A program made the position numbers and the translations under genes. DNA of 39,694 nucleotides from an uncultured archaeon (GTDB taxonomy: Archaea; Altiarchaeota; Altiarchaeia; IMC4; SCGC-AAA252-I15), in the NCBI GenBank assembly GCA_902384455.1, contig CABMCB010000014.1, forward strand, positions 1 through 39,694. Reading direction: 5' to 3'. The notes below the pieces were generated by a model. The model was given only the letters and a program-made list of their open reading frames with translations, did not search any database and was not told where the DNA came from. Positions 9,852 through 18,606 of this stretch are shown one piece after another; positions within the stretch are counted from its first letter, which is position 1; every line of letters begins with the position of its first letter.

Positions 9852-10567
9852 GTCTCATGCTTGGTTTCGTTTATGGGGGGCGCGCAAATAGACAGCTGCG
9901 GCGAATATTCGCATAAAAGCCGAGTCATCTCCTCGTTGTCGTGCATGCCGCAGTGCGTGTGCCCCTCTATAACAACGCAAGGGAATTCAGTCACATTATA
10001 GACCTTCATGAGCGCGTTCACTGCGCTGACGTTCCTGTCCGCGTCAAAACTGAATATCATTATCTCCTGGTCAATCTTGAGGTTGATGTACGTAAGCACA
10101 AAACCTTGGTCCTCGCACTTCTGGTTCTTCTCGCACTCACCATAGAAGTAAAGAATCACAGTCTGATTGTACCCGCACTCCTGCTTAACCTTGCCCAGCA
10201 TGGAAAGATGAATAATCTCCCTGCGATTCAAACGCTTCTTCTCCTGAATGTAAAAATCGTCGCTAGAAAAATCCTTAATCATCTTCCTATACTCCCTTAT
10301 GCGCCCATCAAGCTTCCAAAGGCGGCCTTCCATGTCGTTGAGCGAGTCTATTAGTGCTCCGCATGTTTGTGGTGTTGCGTTTATGTAGTTTATGAGGTAG
10401 TATGTGGATTCTATTTCTTCGAAGTCCTCTATGATTTCGTCCATTCTCTGCGTGACGGAGTCTTCTCTTTTCTGGCTGAGGATCAGGTTGATGGTGTAAA
10501 GGCTACTGAAGATTAATGCCGTTATAATCAGTGCCGTGGCGTACAGCCTTACATCACTTCGCGCCAT
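9848..10567 (-). CDS. Membrane-anchored protein with C-terminal thioredoxin-like domain
   Basis: Start re-assigned to ATG 10567 (upstream GGTGA SD). TM, helical region, ILYFY..C-x4-C..QG..L, and FP(C)VVI cis-Pro-like motif. Confidence 0.7.
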   Translation of the reverse strand: MARSDVRLYATALIITALIFSSLYTINLILSQKREDSVTQRMDEIIEDFEEIESTYYLINYINATPQTCGALIDSLNDMEGRLWKLDGRIREYRKMIKDFSSDDFYIQEKKRLNRREIIHLSMLGKVKQECGYNQTVILYFYGECEKNQKCEDQGFVLTYINLKIDQEIMIFSFDADRNVSAVNALMKVYNVTEFPCVVIEGHTHCGMHDNEEMTRLLCEYSPQLSICAPPINETKHET

Positions 10568-11811
10568 TTCACCTGTTTTTTCGCTGCTACAATGTATATG
10601 GAGATAATCCAGAATATGTGGTACGGCAGGAAGAAGAATAGGAAGCTTATGAATCCGAAGAGGTTTTTGCGGATGCTTTCGCCGAATATTTTCATGCCAA
10701 CTATGCACGCCGTCAGGTTCATGATGAACGGCGTAATCGCAAGAAGTATGAACATGTTGACTGTGGCGTAGCCGTCGAACTGGTAGTTTCTTATGAAGTT
10801 GGCGGCGAAAGGAGTGAAGTCGAATCCTACGCGGTAGTAGTTTTCAATCACCGCGGAAGTGTTTTGGATGAACATGAGTACTGTCGCTATGAACAGGGCT
10901 ATGCCGAGGAAGTTTCCGCCGTAATTTAGCGGCAAAAAGAACATCCCGAAGTTGCCAAGCGACCTGTTGAAGAAGGCGTCCTTGTGGGTTATCAGCGTCT
11001 GTATCGTGCCGGTGTACCAGCGTTTCCTCTGGAAGTACAAGTCTCTTATGTTGTCTGGGACGCGAGTGTAAGCAACGGCTCCGGGACAGCAGGCGATACG
11101 TTGGCCTGCCTTCTGCATGCGGTAAACGATTTCAGTGTCCTCAACAATGCTTCTGGGGTCGAAGCCGCCAATCTTAATCACGGCCTCTCTCTTGTACATG
11201 CTGAATTGTCCCGGCGTCAGGTATAGGCTGTCTAGGTATGAGATGATTTTTGGGTAGAATCCTAGTCCCAGGTTGTATTCTACTGCGATGATGCGTTCAA
11301 GCCAGTTTTTAGGTTCCAGTACGGCGACTCTGACTATGACGGCGCAGATGTTGTCTTCTTCGTAAAAGAACGGGAGCGTCTTTTTCAGGACGTCCGGCTC
11401 AACGACGGTGTCTGCGTCTATCGTGCCTACGAATTCGCTTGTCGCCTTCTGGAATCCCACGTTCAACGCGGCCGCTTTGCCGGCGTTCTTCTGTTCGACG
11501 TAAACTATGTCGCCGCGCTCGGCGTACGGCTTAAGTATGTCGCCGGTCCTGTCTTTGCTTCCGTCGTTGACTACGATAACATCAAGCTTGTCTTTGGGGT
11601 AATCCAGACGGAGGAGCGAATCCACAGTCTGAGCAATGCCCCGCTCCTCATTGAAAGCGGGAACAACGACGGAAATCCGCGGAAGCTCAGTTGGTCCCTT
11701 AGGAATCCTATGGAAATCCTTTCTGTTCCCAATGAAAGTTAGGGCGGTCACGATAAAGAAGAAGGTGATGATGAACCACACGACGTACACCAACGCTAAA
11801 AAATTGTCCAT
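10549..11811 (-). CDS. Second membrane GT2 glycosyltransferase, processive type
   Basis: VPAFNEE, NDGSKD, DAD, VED and QRKRW, TMs at both ends. ATG at 11811 (TTG 11823 is an alternative). Confidence 0.9.
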   Translation of the reverse strand: MDNFLALVYVVWFIITFFFIVTALTFIGNRKDFHRIPKGPTELPRISVVVPAFNEERGIAQTVDSLLRLDYPKDKLDVIVVNDGSKDRTGDILKPYAERGDIVYVEQKNAGKAAALNVGFQKATSEFVGTIDADTVVEPDVLKKTLPFFYEEDNICAVIVRVAVLEPKNWLERIIAVEYNLGLGFYPKIISYLDSLYLTPGQFSMYKREAVIKIGGFDPRSIVEDTEIVYRMQKAGQRIACCPGAVAYTRVPDNIRDLYFQRKRWYTGTIQTLITHKDAFFNRSLGNFGMFFLPLNYGGNFLGIALFIATVLMFIQNTSAVIENYYRVGFDFTPFAANFIRNYQFDGYATVNMFILLAITPFIMNLTACIVGMKIFGESIRKNLFGFISFLFFFLPYHIFWIISIYIVAAKKQVKWREVM

Positions 11812-11858
11812 GATACCCGCCAAAACAAGGCTACAGAGCCCTAAAATATGATGTTTGT

Positions 11859-11888
11859 TCCATTAAATAGGGGTCGCTCCATTAAATA
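11859..11888. promoter_or_regulatory. 11-bp direct repeat TCCATTAAATA x2 in the divergent promoter region
   Basis: Identical copies at 11859-11869 and 11878-11888, each containing TATA-like TTAAATA. Confidence 0.45.
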
Positions 11889-11917
11889 CTCCCCCAACAC
11901 AAGGAATTAAAACCAAA

Positions 11918-13237
11918 ATGGCGTTCGAAAAGCTTAAAGAAGGCCTTCAGGGAGCCATAAACGGCATACGCAAAGCAGTAGTATTCGACAAGAAAGCCGT
12001 CAGAGAGTATGTGAAAGAACTGCAGAAGACGCTGCTTTCCGCAGACGTCAACGTGCAATTAGTCCTAAACCTCAGCAAAAACATCGAGGAAAAAGCGCTT
12101 CTTGAGAAACCGCCAGGAAGCCTAAGCCGCACCGAAAACATAGTAAAAATCACATACGACGAACTCGTGGCGCTGCTTGGAACCGGCGAAAAACTCTCTC
12201 TTTCAGACGGCCAAAAAATAATGCTCGTGGGCGTACAAGGCTCAGGAAAAACCACCGCCGCAGCCAAACTAGCCCGTCACTACAAAAAACAAGGATTAAA
12301 CCCCAAACTAATATGCGCCGACCCATTCCGCCCGGCAGCATACGACCAGCTCAAGCAGCTGTCAGAAGAAATCAACGTACCATTCTACGGCGACCAAAAA
12401 CAGAAAGACAGCCTCAAAATCATAAACGAAGGCCTAAAACACTTCAAAAATGAAGGCCTACTCATAATCGACAGTGAAGGCCGCCATAAGTTGAATGAGG
12501 AGTTGATGGCGGATTTGAAGCGGGTTCATGACGCCGTTAAGCCGGATTTTACTCTTCTTGTGCTGGATGCAACGATAGGCCAGGCCGCTAAGGAGCAGAC
12601 GAAGGCGTTCATTGGCGCAATGCCTGTGAAGGGGGTTGTTTTGACTAAGACTGATGGGGGCGCCAAGGGCGGAGGTGCGATAAGCGCCTGCGCTGAAGCC
12701 GGAGCATCAGTATTATTCTTGGGGACTGGCGAGCACATACAGGATTTGGAGGAATTCGAGCCTAAACGTTTTGTCGGGAAGCTGCTTGGTTACGGGGATT
12801 TGGAGGGTTTGTTGGAGAAGGCTAAGGAGATTGAGTTCGACGAGGATTCGGCTAAACGCATGATTAAGGGGGATTTCACTTTGGTCGACGTCTACGAGCA
12901 GATTGAGCAGATGCAGAAGATGGGGCCTTTTAACAAGGTGTTGGAGATGCTTCCGTTTCAGGTGAATGTCCCAAAGGATATGTTACAGATGCAGGAGGAG
13001 AAAGTAAAGAAGTTCCGTTTCATCATGGACAGCATGACTCCTTGGGAGAAGGAAAACCCCATGGAAATAAAGAAGGACCGCATCGACCGCATAGCCGTCG
13101 GAAGCGGAACTTCGCCTGAAGACGTCCGCGACCTCCTGAACTACTACAAGAAAATGAAGAAGATGATGAAAGGAATGGGAGGCCGCAACATGCAGAAGAT
13201 GATGCGCAAATTCGGCGGCGCAATGCCCGGAATGTGA
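11918..13237 (+). CDS. srp54: Signal recognition particle protein SRP54
   Basis: LLSADVN, GVQGSGKTT, DPFRPAA, TKTDG..KGGGA, GTGE, Met-rich M domain (SMT..E, RIAVGSG). Confidence 0.96.
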   Translation: MAFEKLKEGLQGAINGIRKAVVFDKKAVREYVKELQKTLLSADVNVQLVLNLSKNIEEKALLEKPPGSLSRTENIVKITYDELVALLGTGEKLSLSDGQKIMLVGVQGSGKTTAAAKLARHYKKQGLNPKLICADPFRPAAYDQLKQLSEEINVPFYGDQKQKDSLKIINEGLKHFKNEGLLIIDSEGRHKLNEELMADLKRVHDAVKPDFTLLVLDATIGQAAKEQTKAFIGAMPVKGVVLTKTDGGAKGGGAISACAEAGASVLFLGTGEHIQDLEEFEPKRFVGKLLGYGDLEGLLEKAKEIEFDEDSAKRMIKGDFTLVDVYEQIEQMQKMGPFNKVLEMLPFQVNVPKDMLQMQEEKVKKFRFIMDSMTPWEKENPMEIKKDRIDRIAVGSGTSPEDVRDLLNYYKKMKKMMKGMGGRNMQKMMRKFGGAMPGM

Positions 13238-13258
13238 CGTTGAGTTCAGTCTATAGAT

Positions 13259-13996
13259 ATGGCTAAACTACGGCGATACCTCTTTTATGGTATAACTGCC
13301 TCTATCCTTTTTCTTTCTACCCTCCTACTTATTGCTCAAAAACTGAAGGGCGGAGCGTTAGTCCATGACGCTGACTTTCTTTTGTATTTTGCTCCCGTAT
13401 TCATCTCGTTAATCCTCTTTTTCTCTTTTTATCTTTATCGAAATGATATATTTCGGAAGAAAAAAGTTAGTTCAATAAATGACGTAGCCCTGTCTATTCG
13501 AAGGAAATTAGGAAATCATTGGGAATTAGACGAAGACGGAATTACTGATCTAAAAGGGACTTACAAAGGTCGAGTTGTACGAATACTATTTTTACTAGAC
13601 GCTCGTCAACCCGTTACTTCAAGTATCGCCGACCTTCCAGATTACTTTGTACGTATCAACGTCTATATGCAGCATAAAAAAAACGTTGGTCATGGTGTAA
13701 CACAAATATTCTGGCAGTATCAAGTCTTTTCACTTCCTAAAATACCCCGTTCCAGTTATGTTGAAACAGATGATGTCACATTCGATAAAAAATTCTTTGT
13801 GCGAACCAACGACCGCGTTCAAGCACGTGATTTTCTTTCCCCCTCCATAATCCAATTAATAAAGCAAAATCTGCCGAAGCATCAAACGACATACCTAACC
13901 CTATCAGAAACAGAAATAGTAGCTCACACTGATGACCAGTTAGGCGAACCCGATATTTTAGATTTGCTCGATTTTCTTACAAAGCTATCTGTATAA
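13259..13996 (+). CDS. Hypothetical membrane protein, AT-rich, with a DUF3137-like C-terminal motif
   Basis: Two N-terminal TMs, TDDVTFDKKFFVRTND..AR..LSP motif, visibly lower GC than neighbours. Confidence 0.7.
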   Translation: MAKLRRYLFYGITASILFLSTLLLIAQKLKGGALVHDADFLLYFAPVFISLILFFSFYLYRNDIFRKKKVSSINDVALSIRRKLGNHWELDEDGITDLKGTYKGRVVRILFLLDARQPVTSSIADLPDYFVRINVYMQHKKNVGHGVTQIFWQYQVFSLPKIPRSSYVETDDVTFDKKFFVRTNDRVQARDFLSPSIIQLIKQNLPKHQTTYLTLSETEIVAHTDDQLGEPDILDLLDFLTKLSV

Positions 13997-14420
13997 TCAC
14001 GGCTATTACGAGTAGGATGAAGAGTGTTATTGCGGCGATTATTGCGAGAATAAGTACCATCACCGGTATGCTTATTCCTGTGGCGTGGCTTATGAGGCTG
14101 GGCAGGCGCAATAGCAGGGAGCCCCATGTGGTGTCTTCGTCTTTCGCGAGGTCTTTTTCGGCTTCAGCAAGTTCCTTGAACTTCTTCTGAAGCTCCTCAT
14201 GCTGCTTCTTGATGTGCTCGTGCTTCGCCTCCACCTGAAGGCATTCTTCATCGCTTTCCGAAGTCTTCTTCTGCTTCTTGAATCCGGGACTGCAGACCCT
14301 AAGCTCCTCCTCTTCCTTACGGAGCTTCTCCTCAATCTTCCTCACTTCGTCGTACTTGCGGCCAAGCCGCCTGTGCGCCCTCGACTGTAGAGCATCGAAA
14401 ATTGTTTCGTCCAGCGCCAT
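13977..14420 (-). CDS. Hypothetical coiled-coil protein with C-terminal membrane anchor
   Basis: K/E-rich heptads followed by a long hydrophobic C-terminus. Confidence 0.7.
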   Translation of the reverse strand: MALDETIFDALQSRAHRRLGRKYDEVRKIEEKLRKEEEELRVCSPGFKKQKKTSESDEECLQVEAKHEHIKKQHEELQKKFKELAEAEKDLAKDEDTTWGSLLLRLPSLISHATGISIPVMVLILAIIAAITLFILLVIAVIIQIAL

Positions 14421-14577
14421 TTTGCATATATGCGATTCGGGAAAAATAAATCGAGTGCGATACTCGTCTTACTCCGTGCTGTAGAGTCCGCCCGCCTCTT
14501 TTGTTTGCCAACGCAGAAAACAAGCACAGCAGCCGTCAACAAGTCCTATTTTTACTCTTTGATTCGCAATATCAGCT

Positions 14578-15357
14578 ATGAATACAGTGTATCGCACAGG
14601 CGTCTCCAAAACACTCGACCCTGCGCAGGACAGTGACTGCTTGATAGTGCAGAATGCTCGTCAAATATACGGTATTCTAGTTCAACCAGCAATGTTCATT
14701 GGCGGCGAAAATTTAACTCCCCAGCAACAAACATCTGATGCCTTAAAGGCGGTGGAACTAAGTCGTGTCGGCACGCCAAGAGTGAGCGGATCCTACATGG
14801 AGCCTGGTTTGACTCCGGAATTATGCGGCGCTCTAGCGAGGAGCAATCTACCAGAACAGGAGCGGTTTTTGATTGTTGCTAAGGCGCTACGTACGACGGT
14901 GGTCGCAGGTGAAGACCTTACCGCAGAGATAAGTCGGAGTAAGCTACTTGAGCAGGCGTTGTTTCTTGAGGCCGGAGCTACGGCATTAAGCCGCGGAAGC
15001 AGGAGATTAGGTGTTGTTGACGTAAAGGATACAGACGACGCTAATCGGGTCTTAATAACTTTATCCGAGGACGCCCCTGTGGTTGATGCGGCATCGCGAA
15101 TAGCAGAGTTGCTGTCCGGTTCTTCCGATTCAAAACACGAGTATGCGGTTGTCGGCGCACGTCAAAAAGGAGACGGTGGTGTTGCCGCTGACATTTCATT
15201 AAAAAGCAAGGGAATTGGTAAAGACCCTAACATTCCAGACGGTTTGTTCGTAGTCGAAGGTCCTGCAGGCGCAACTAGGACTGTAACGGTCTATCCGGGA
15301 ACCACCGAGCACCCAATCAGTGATTTGAAGAGGATTATGTCTCAACATAAAGATTAA
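14578..15357 (+). CDS. Hypothetical protein
   Basis: 259-aa ATG ORF filling the gap, no recognised motif. Confidence 0.6.
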   Translation: MNTVYRTGVSKTLDPAQDSDCLIVQNARQIYGILVQPAMFIGGENLTPQQQTSDALKAVELSRVGTPRVSGSYMEPGLTPELCGALARSNLPEQERFLIVAKALRTTVVAGEDLTAEISRSKLLEQALFLEAGATALSRGSRRLGVVDVKDTDDANRVLITLSEDAPVVDAASRIAELLSGSSDSKHEYAVVGARQKGDGGVAADISLKSKGIGKDPNIPDGLFVVEGPAGATRTVTVYPGTTEHPISDLKRIMSQHKD

Positions 15358-15395
15358 TCAATTATGCGGACGCAGTAACCTCTCTGAAGAAATGC

Positions 15396-16307
15396 CTAAT
15401 CTGCAGGCAGCGCTCTTAACCGGTAGTGCGTCTGCAAAAGCAATTGGCTTTTGTTACTCTCTCTGGCTGAATCAAGCAATGGTGTTTCGCATTCGATTTC
15501 GGACTGTACGTCCGTTTCCTTGATTTTATCCCCCGTGATGTTAGTTATGGGTATGCCGTAGAGCGCCAGTTCAACGCAGGAGCCGGCGTCTCCCTCGTTA
15601 AGCGACAAACGTATCCTGTCCAATTCATCTCTCATGCGGGTTTTGTCTGATGCCGCGAATTCAGTCTGCATTCCCATGCTTCTCATCCAGTAGTTCATTT
15701 CCGCGGCAACGGCGACGCTTGCTCTTGTGCGAAGGTCTTCAAGTCCGCCGTACATGAATGCTTTGTCTTGTCCTGTTACTGCGAGGTTGAGTCCGAGTTG
15801 TTTCATGTAGAAAAACATGTTTGCGGTTCCGTAAGGGTAGCTGGTTCTGTATTCGTTTAGCGTGTTCGCCATAAGCTGCTCGTCTTTTTCTGTGACGTTG
15901 GTTTGTATGCCAAGTGCCTGTAGGTAGTAGTGCGTTTGCGCAATCAAGAATCCGCTTTTAGATTCGCGGGCGACATCAATTTCTTTGAGCATCAACTCCT
16001 TGTCTGCGTCGGTTATTTGAGGGACCTTAAGCGGAGTCTTAGGTTTTACTATCTCCGGTTGGACTGTGGCGTTGGGTGAGGTTTCCGCTGGAAGATGCAC
16101 TTCAGGCAAAGAAGGAACTGGCGTAGTGCCCCTATGGAGCGACCCAGCCAAAAAAAGAAGTACAGAGAAAACTACCGCTGAAATCACCATTGCGAAAACA
16201 AGCAACGCCATATTCGAGGGGTACTTCGCAGACTCTTTCCTGCGCCCCCTAACGTTAAGAGAGTACAACCGACCTTCCCCCTTTTTATCAACGGCTCTCA
16301 GCGACAT
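15396..16307 (-). CDS. Hypothetical membrane-anchored helical-repeat protein
   Basis: TM, Pro/Thr linker, then about five ~39-aa repeats (T-x-x-D-x-x-x-M..L..R......YY-L-x-x-LG). Confidence 0.7.
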   Translation of the reverse strand: MSLRAVDKKGEGRLYSLNVRGRRKESAKYPSNMALLVFAMVISAVVFSVLLFLAGSLHRGTTPVPSLPEVHLPAETSPNATVQPEIVKPKTPLKVPQITDADKELMLKEIDVARESKSGFLIAQTHYYLQALGIQTNVTEKDEQLMANTLNEYRTSYPYGTANMFFYMKQLGLNLAVTGQDKAFMYGGLEDLRTRASVAVAAEMNYWMRSMGMQTEFAASDKTRMRDELDRIRLSLNEGDAGSCVELALYGIPITNITGDKIKETDVQSEIECETPLLDSARESNKSQLLLQTHYRLRALPAD

Positions 16308-16325
16308 CTCCTGTGGAATAGAATA

Positions 16326-16703
16326 CTAAACCGAAGAATTAAACCTTAACTTATCCCCAACCGAAACGCCATCAACCCGCGCAGACCCGCACTCAACAAC
16401 ATAAGCGGCCGGTTTAGCGGGCCTAAAAACCCTCCACTTCCAAGGCTTAAGAATCGGCGAGGGAGCGACGCCTTTTTGCACGTCCACCACAACGCCGTCT
16501 TTGTCAGCCCAGATTACATCTATCGGATAATTCATCCCAACCATATGTATCGAAGACTCTTTCACTCCCTCACGAGGGGATACGAGGACAAGGTCAGAAG
16601 GCGTTTTAGTGAACAAGAGACCCTTGGCGCGAGAGAATAAGGTATCTGCTTTTTTGGCGCCGCTCACAATCGTTTTCCCCGCAGTCTCGTTTACTACCTC
16701 CAT
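16326..16703 (-). CDS. DUF192 (UPF0127) family protein
   Basis: ADT..SR.KGL, IHMVGMNYPIDVIWAD..GVVV, A.YVVE, VGD.L. Start re-assigned to ATG 16703. Confidence 0.85.
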   Translation of the reverse strand: MEVVNETAGKTIVSGAKKADTLFSRAKGLLFTKTPSDLVLVSPREGVKESSIHMVGMNYPIDVIWADKDGVVVDVQKGVAPSPILKPWKWRVFRPAKPAAYVVECGSARVDGVSVGDKLRFNSSV

Positions 16704-16739
16704 TCTCTTTAATTCATAAACCCAACACTTATTTACCTC

Positions 16740-17411
16740 ATGATTTGCGTTACTCTCACTCAAAGGACGCCGGAAGAGATGGTGAAGGCGGCAGCAGAAT
16801 CAAACGCCGACTTGGTTGAAGTCAGGCTTGACTACCTGGACGAAGCCGCAGATTTGACACCCCTAGCCCAGATAAAAAAACCGGTCATAGCCACATGCAT
16901 GGCCTCATGGGAAGGCGGACACTTCAAAGGGCACGACGACCACCGATTTCAGATTCTAACTAAGGCGCTGGAATACTCAAAATTCATCACAGTAGAGCTT
17001 CGAGGCAACCCCCGCCTGCGCGACGGACTTATTGCAGCGGCCAAAAACGCCAAAGTGAAAGTCATCATAGCGCACCACGACTTCGAAGGAACGCCCGACT
17101 TAAGGGGCGTACTGGAAATACTCAAGCACGAGCAGTCCCTGGGCGCAGACATAGCCAAAGTAGCTTTCACCCCCAAGTCTATGGAAGACGTACTCACGGT
17201 AATAGACTCCATACCAAAAAGCAGGCTGCCCATACCAGTGATAGCCATAAGCATGGGCGAATTAGGCCGCATATCCCGCATAGCCGGAGTGCTATTCGGA
17301 GGATTCCTAACTTACGCTTCGCCCGACGGCAGCGAACCCGCCGTAGTAGGCCAGATGACCGTGTCCGAAACCCGTAAAATAATGGAGGCAATAAGACCAC
17401 GCAATGCCTGA
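16740..17411 (+). CDS. aroD: Type I 3-dehydroquinate dehydratase
   Basis: DLVEVRLD, EGG, HDFEGTP, ADIAKVA, ISMG..G.ISR, GQ. Confidence 0.93.
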   Translation: MICVTLTQRTPEEMVKAAAESNADLVEVRLDYLDEAADLTPLAQIKKPVIATCMASWEGGHFKGHDDHRFQILTKALEYSKFITVELRGNPRLRDGLIAAAKNAKVKVIIAHHDFEGTPDLRGVLEILKHEQSLGADIAKVAFTPKSMEDVLTVIDSIPKSRLPIPVIAISMGELGRISRIAGVLFGGFLTYASPDGSEPAVVGQMTVSETRKIMEAIRPRNA

Positions 17412-18060
17412 AGCTTTCAACCCAGACTTCGACCGGCAAGTAAGGACTGGCGCGCCGGAGATAATCTACTCCGAGTTCAAGACGGTTGAGAACATAGTTG
17501 AAATAGCCCGCGCTCACGTAAGCAAGGAAGGGCGCGTCATATTCACTCGGATGCAGCCTGAAAAAGCAGCTAAAGCCGTTAAAGCTCTGAAGGGATATTC
17601 GCCCAAATACGACGAAACAAGCAGAGTATTTACGGCGCAAAAAAAAGGATACAAAAATCCTAAAAAAGAAGGCACTGTCCTAATAATCGCGGCGGGAACA
17701 AGCGACGTGCCAGTCGCAGAAGAAGCGCGGATAATATCCGAATCACTCGGATTAAACGCAATAACCCACTACGACGTAGGAATAGCCGGAATACACCGCC
17801 TAAACCCCGCAATAAAAGACATGAAAAAAGCGGGAGCAATAATAGTCGCAGCCGGAATGGAAGGAGCCCTACCAAGCGTAGTATCCGGACTGACGTCGCT
17901 TCCAGTCATAGCCGTCCCAACAAGCGTAGGATACGGCGTAGCAAAAGGAGGCCGCACAGCGCTAAACGCGATGCTGACAAGCTGCACGCCTCTCGCTGTC
18001 GTAAACATAGACAACGGTTATGGAGCGGCAGTATTAGCGTACCGCATAATAAGGGTCTGA
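17404..18060 (+). CDS. larB: Nickel-pincer cofactor biosynthesis protein LarB (PurE-like)
   Basis: D.DR..RTG.PE, AGTSD.PVAEEA, DVGIAGIHRL, AGMEGALPSVV, PTSVGYG, VVNIDNGYGA. Confidence 0.92.
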   Translation: MPEAFNPDFDRQVRTGAPEIIYSEFKTVENIVEIARAHVSKEGRVIFTRMQPEKAAKAVKALKGYSPKYDETSRVFTAQKKGYKNPKKEGTVLIIAAGTSDVPVAEEARIISESLGLNAITHYDVGIAGIHRLNPAIKDMKKAGAIIVAAGMEGALPSVVSGLTSLPVIAVPTSVGYGVAKGGRTALNAMLTSCTPLAVVNIDNGYGAAVLAYRIIRV

Positions 18061-18066
18061 ACGAAG

Positions 18067-18606
18067 ATGGATCTTAAAGAGAAGACGGACAATCTCAGGG
18101 AACTCCTGAGGGAAACAGAAGTAAAAGACGCCTTAGATTTCCTGTCGGAATTCAAGACTGACGAAGAAAAAAAGGAAGCCTCCCGCGTCCTAGGAGAAGT
18201 CGGAGCCGCACTATGCTACGCCACGCCATTCAAATCATTAGCCGAAGTACTGCTTTGGAAGGCCGTAACACTGGACGACAAGAACGCAAGGCACTTCTTC
18301 AATCTGGGCGTCCTCTACACGAGCCCTGAAAAAGTAAGGGAAGACGAGAAGAACACTAAACTGTCAATACGGTGCTATAAGAAAGCCGTCAAACTAAACC
18401 CCGAATACCCCGAAGCATACTACAACCTCTCATTAGTCTACTTCTTCTGCGGCCGCCCCAAGGAGGCGTATGAAAACTTCAAGCGCGCCAAGGAGCTGGC
18501 TCCGGAAGACCCGCGCATACTTCGTTTCCAGGAATACCTTAAGGGCCCGCCAATAATCGACGTTGAAGACAATGACAAACCTCGTAATACTAGAAACAAA
18601 CGTTGA
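18067..18606 (+). CDS. TPR-repeat protein
   Basis: TPR units KAVTLD..NARHFFNLG and YKKAVKLNPEYPEAYYNLS..A.ELAP. Confidence 0.85.
   Translation: MDLKEKTDNLRELLRETEVKDALDFLSEFKTDEEKKEASRVLGEVGAALCYATPFKSLAEVLLWKAVTLDDKNARHFFNLGVLYTSPEKVREDEKNTKLSIRCYKKAVKLNPEYPEAYYNLSLVYFFCGRPKEAYENFKRAKELAPEDPRILRFQEYLKGPPIIDVEDNDKPRNTRNKR

Noticed and set aside
17404-18060. Calling this gene purE
   Set aside because: The N-terminal D.DR..RTG.PE domain, AGTSD, GMEGALPS and NIDNG motifs, and the nearby larC identify it as LarB.
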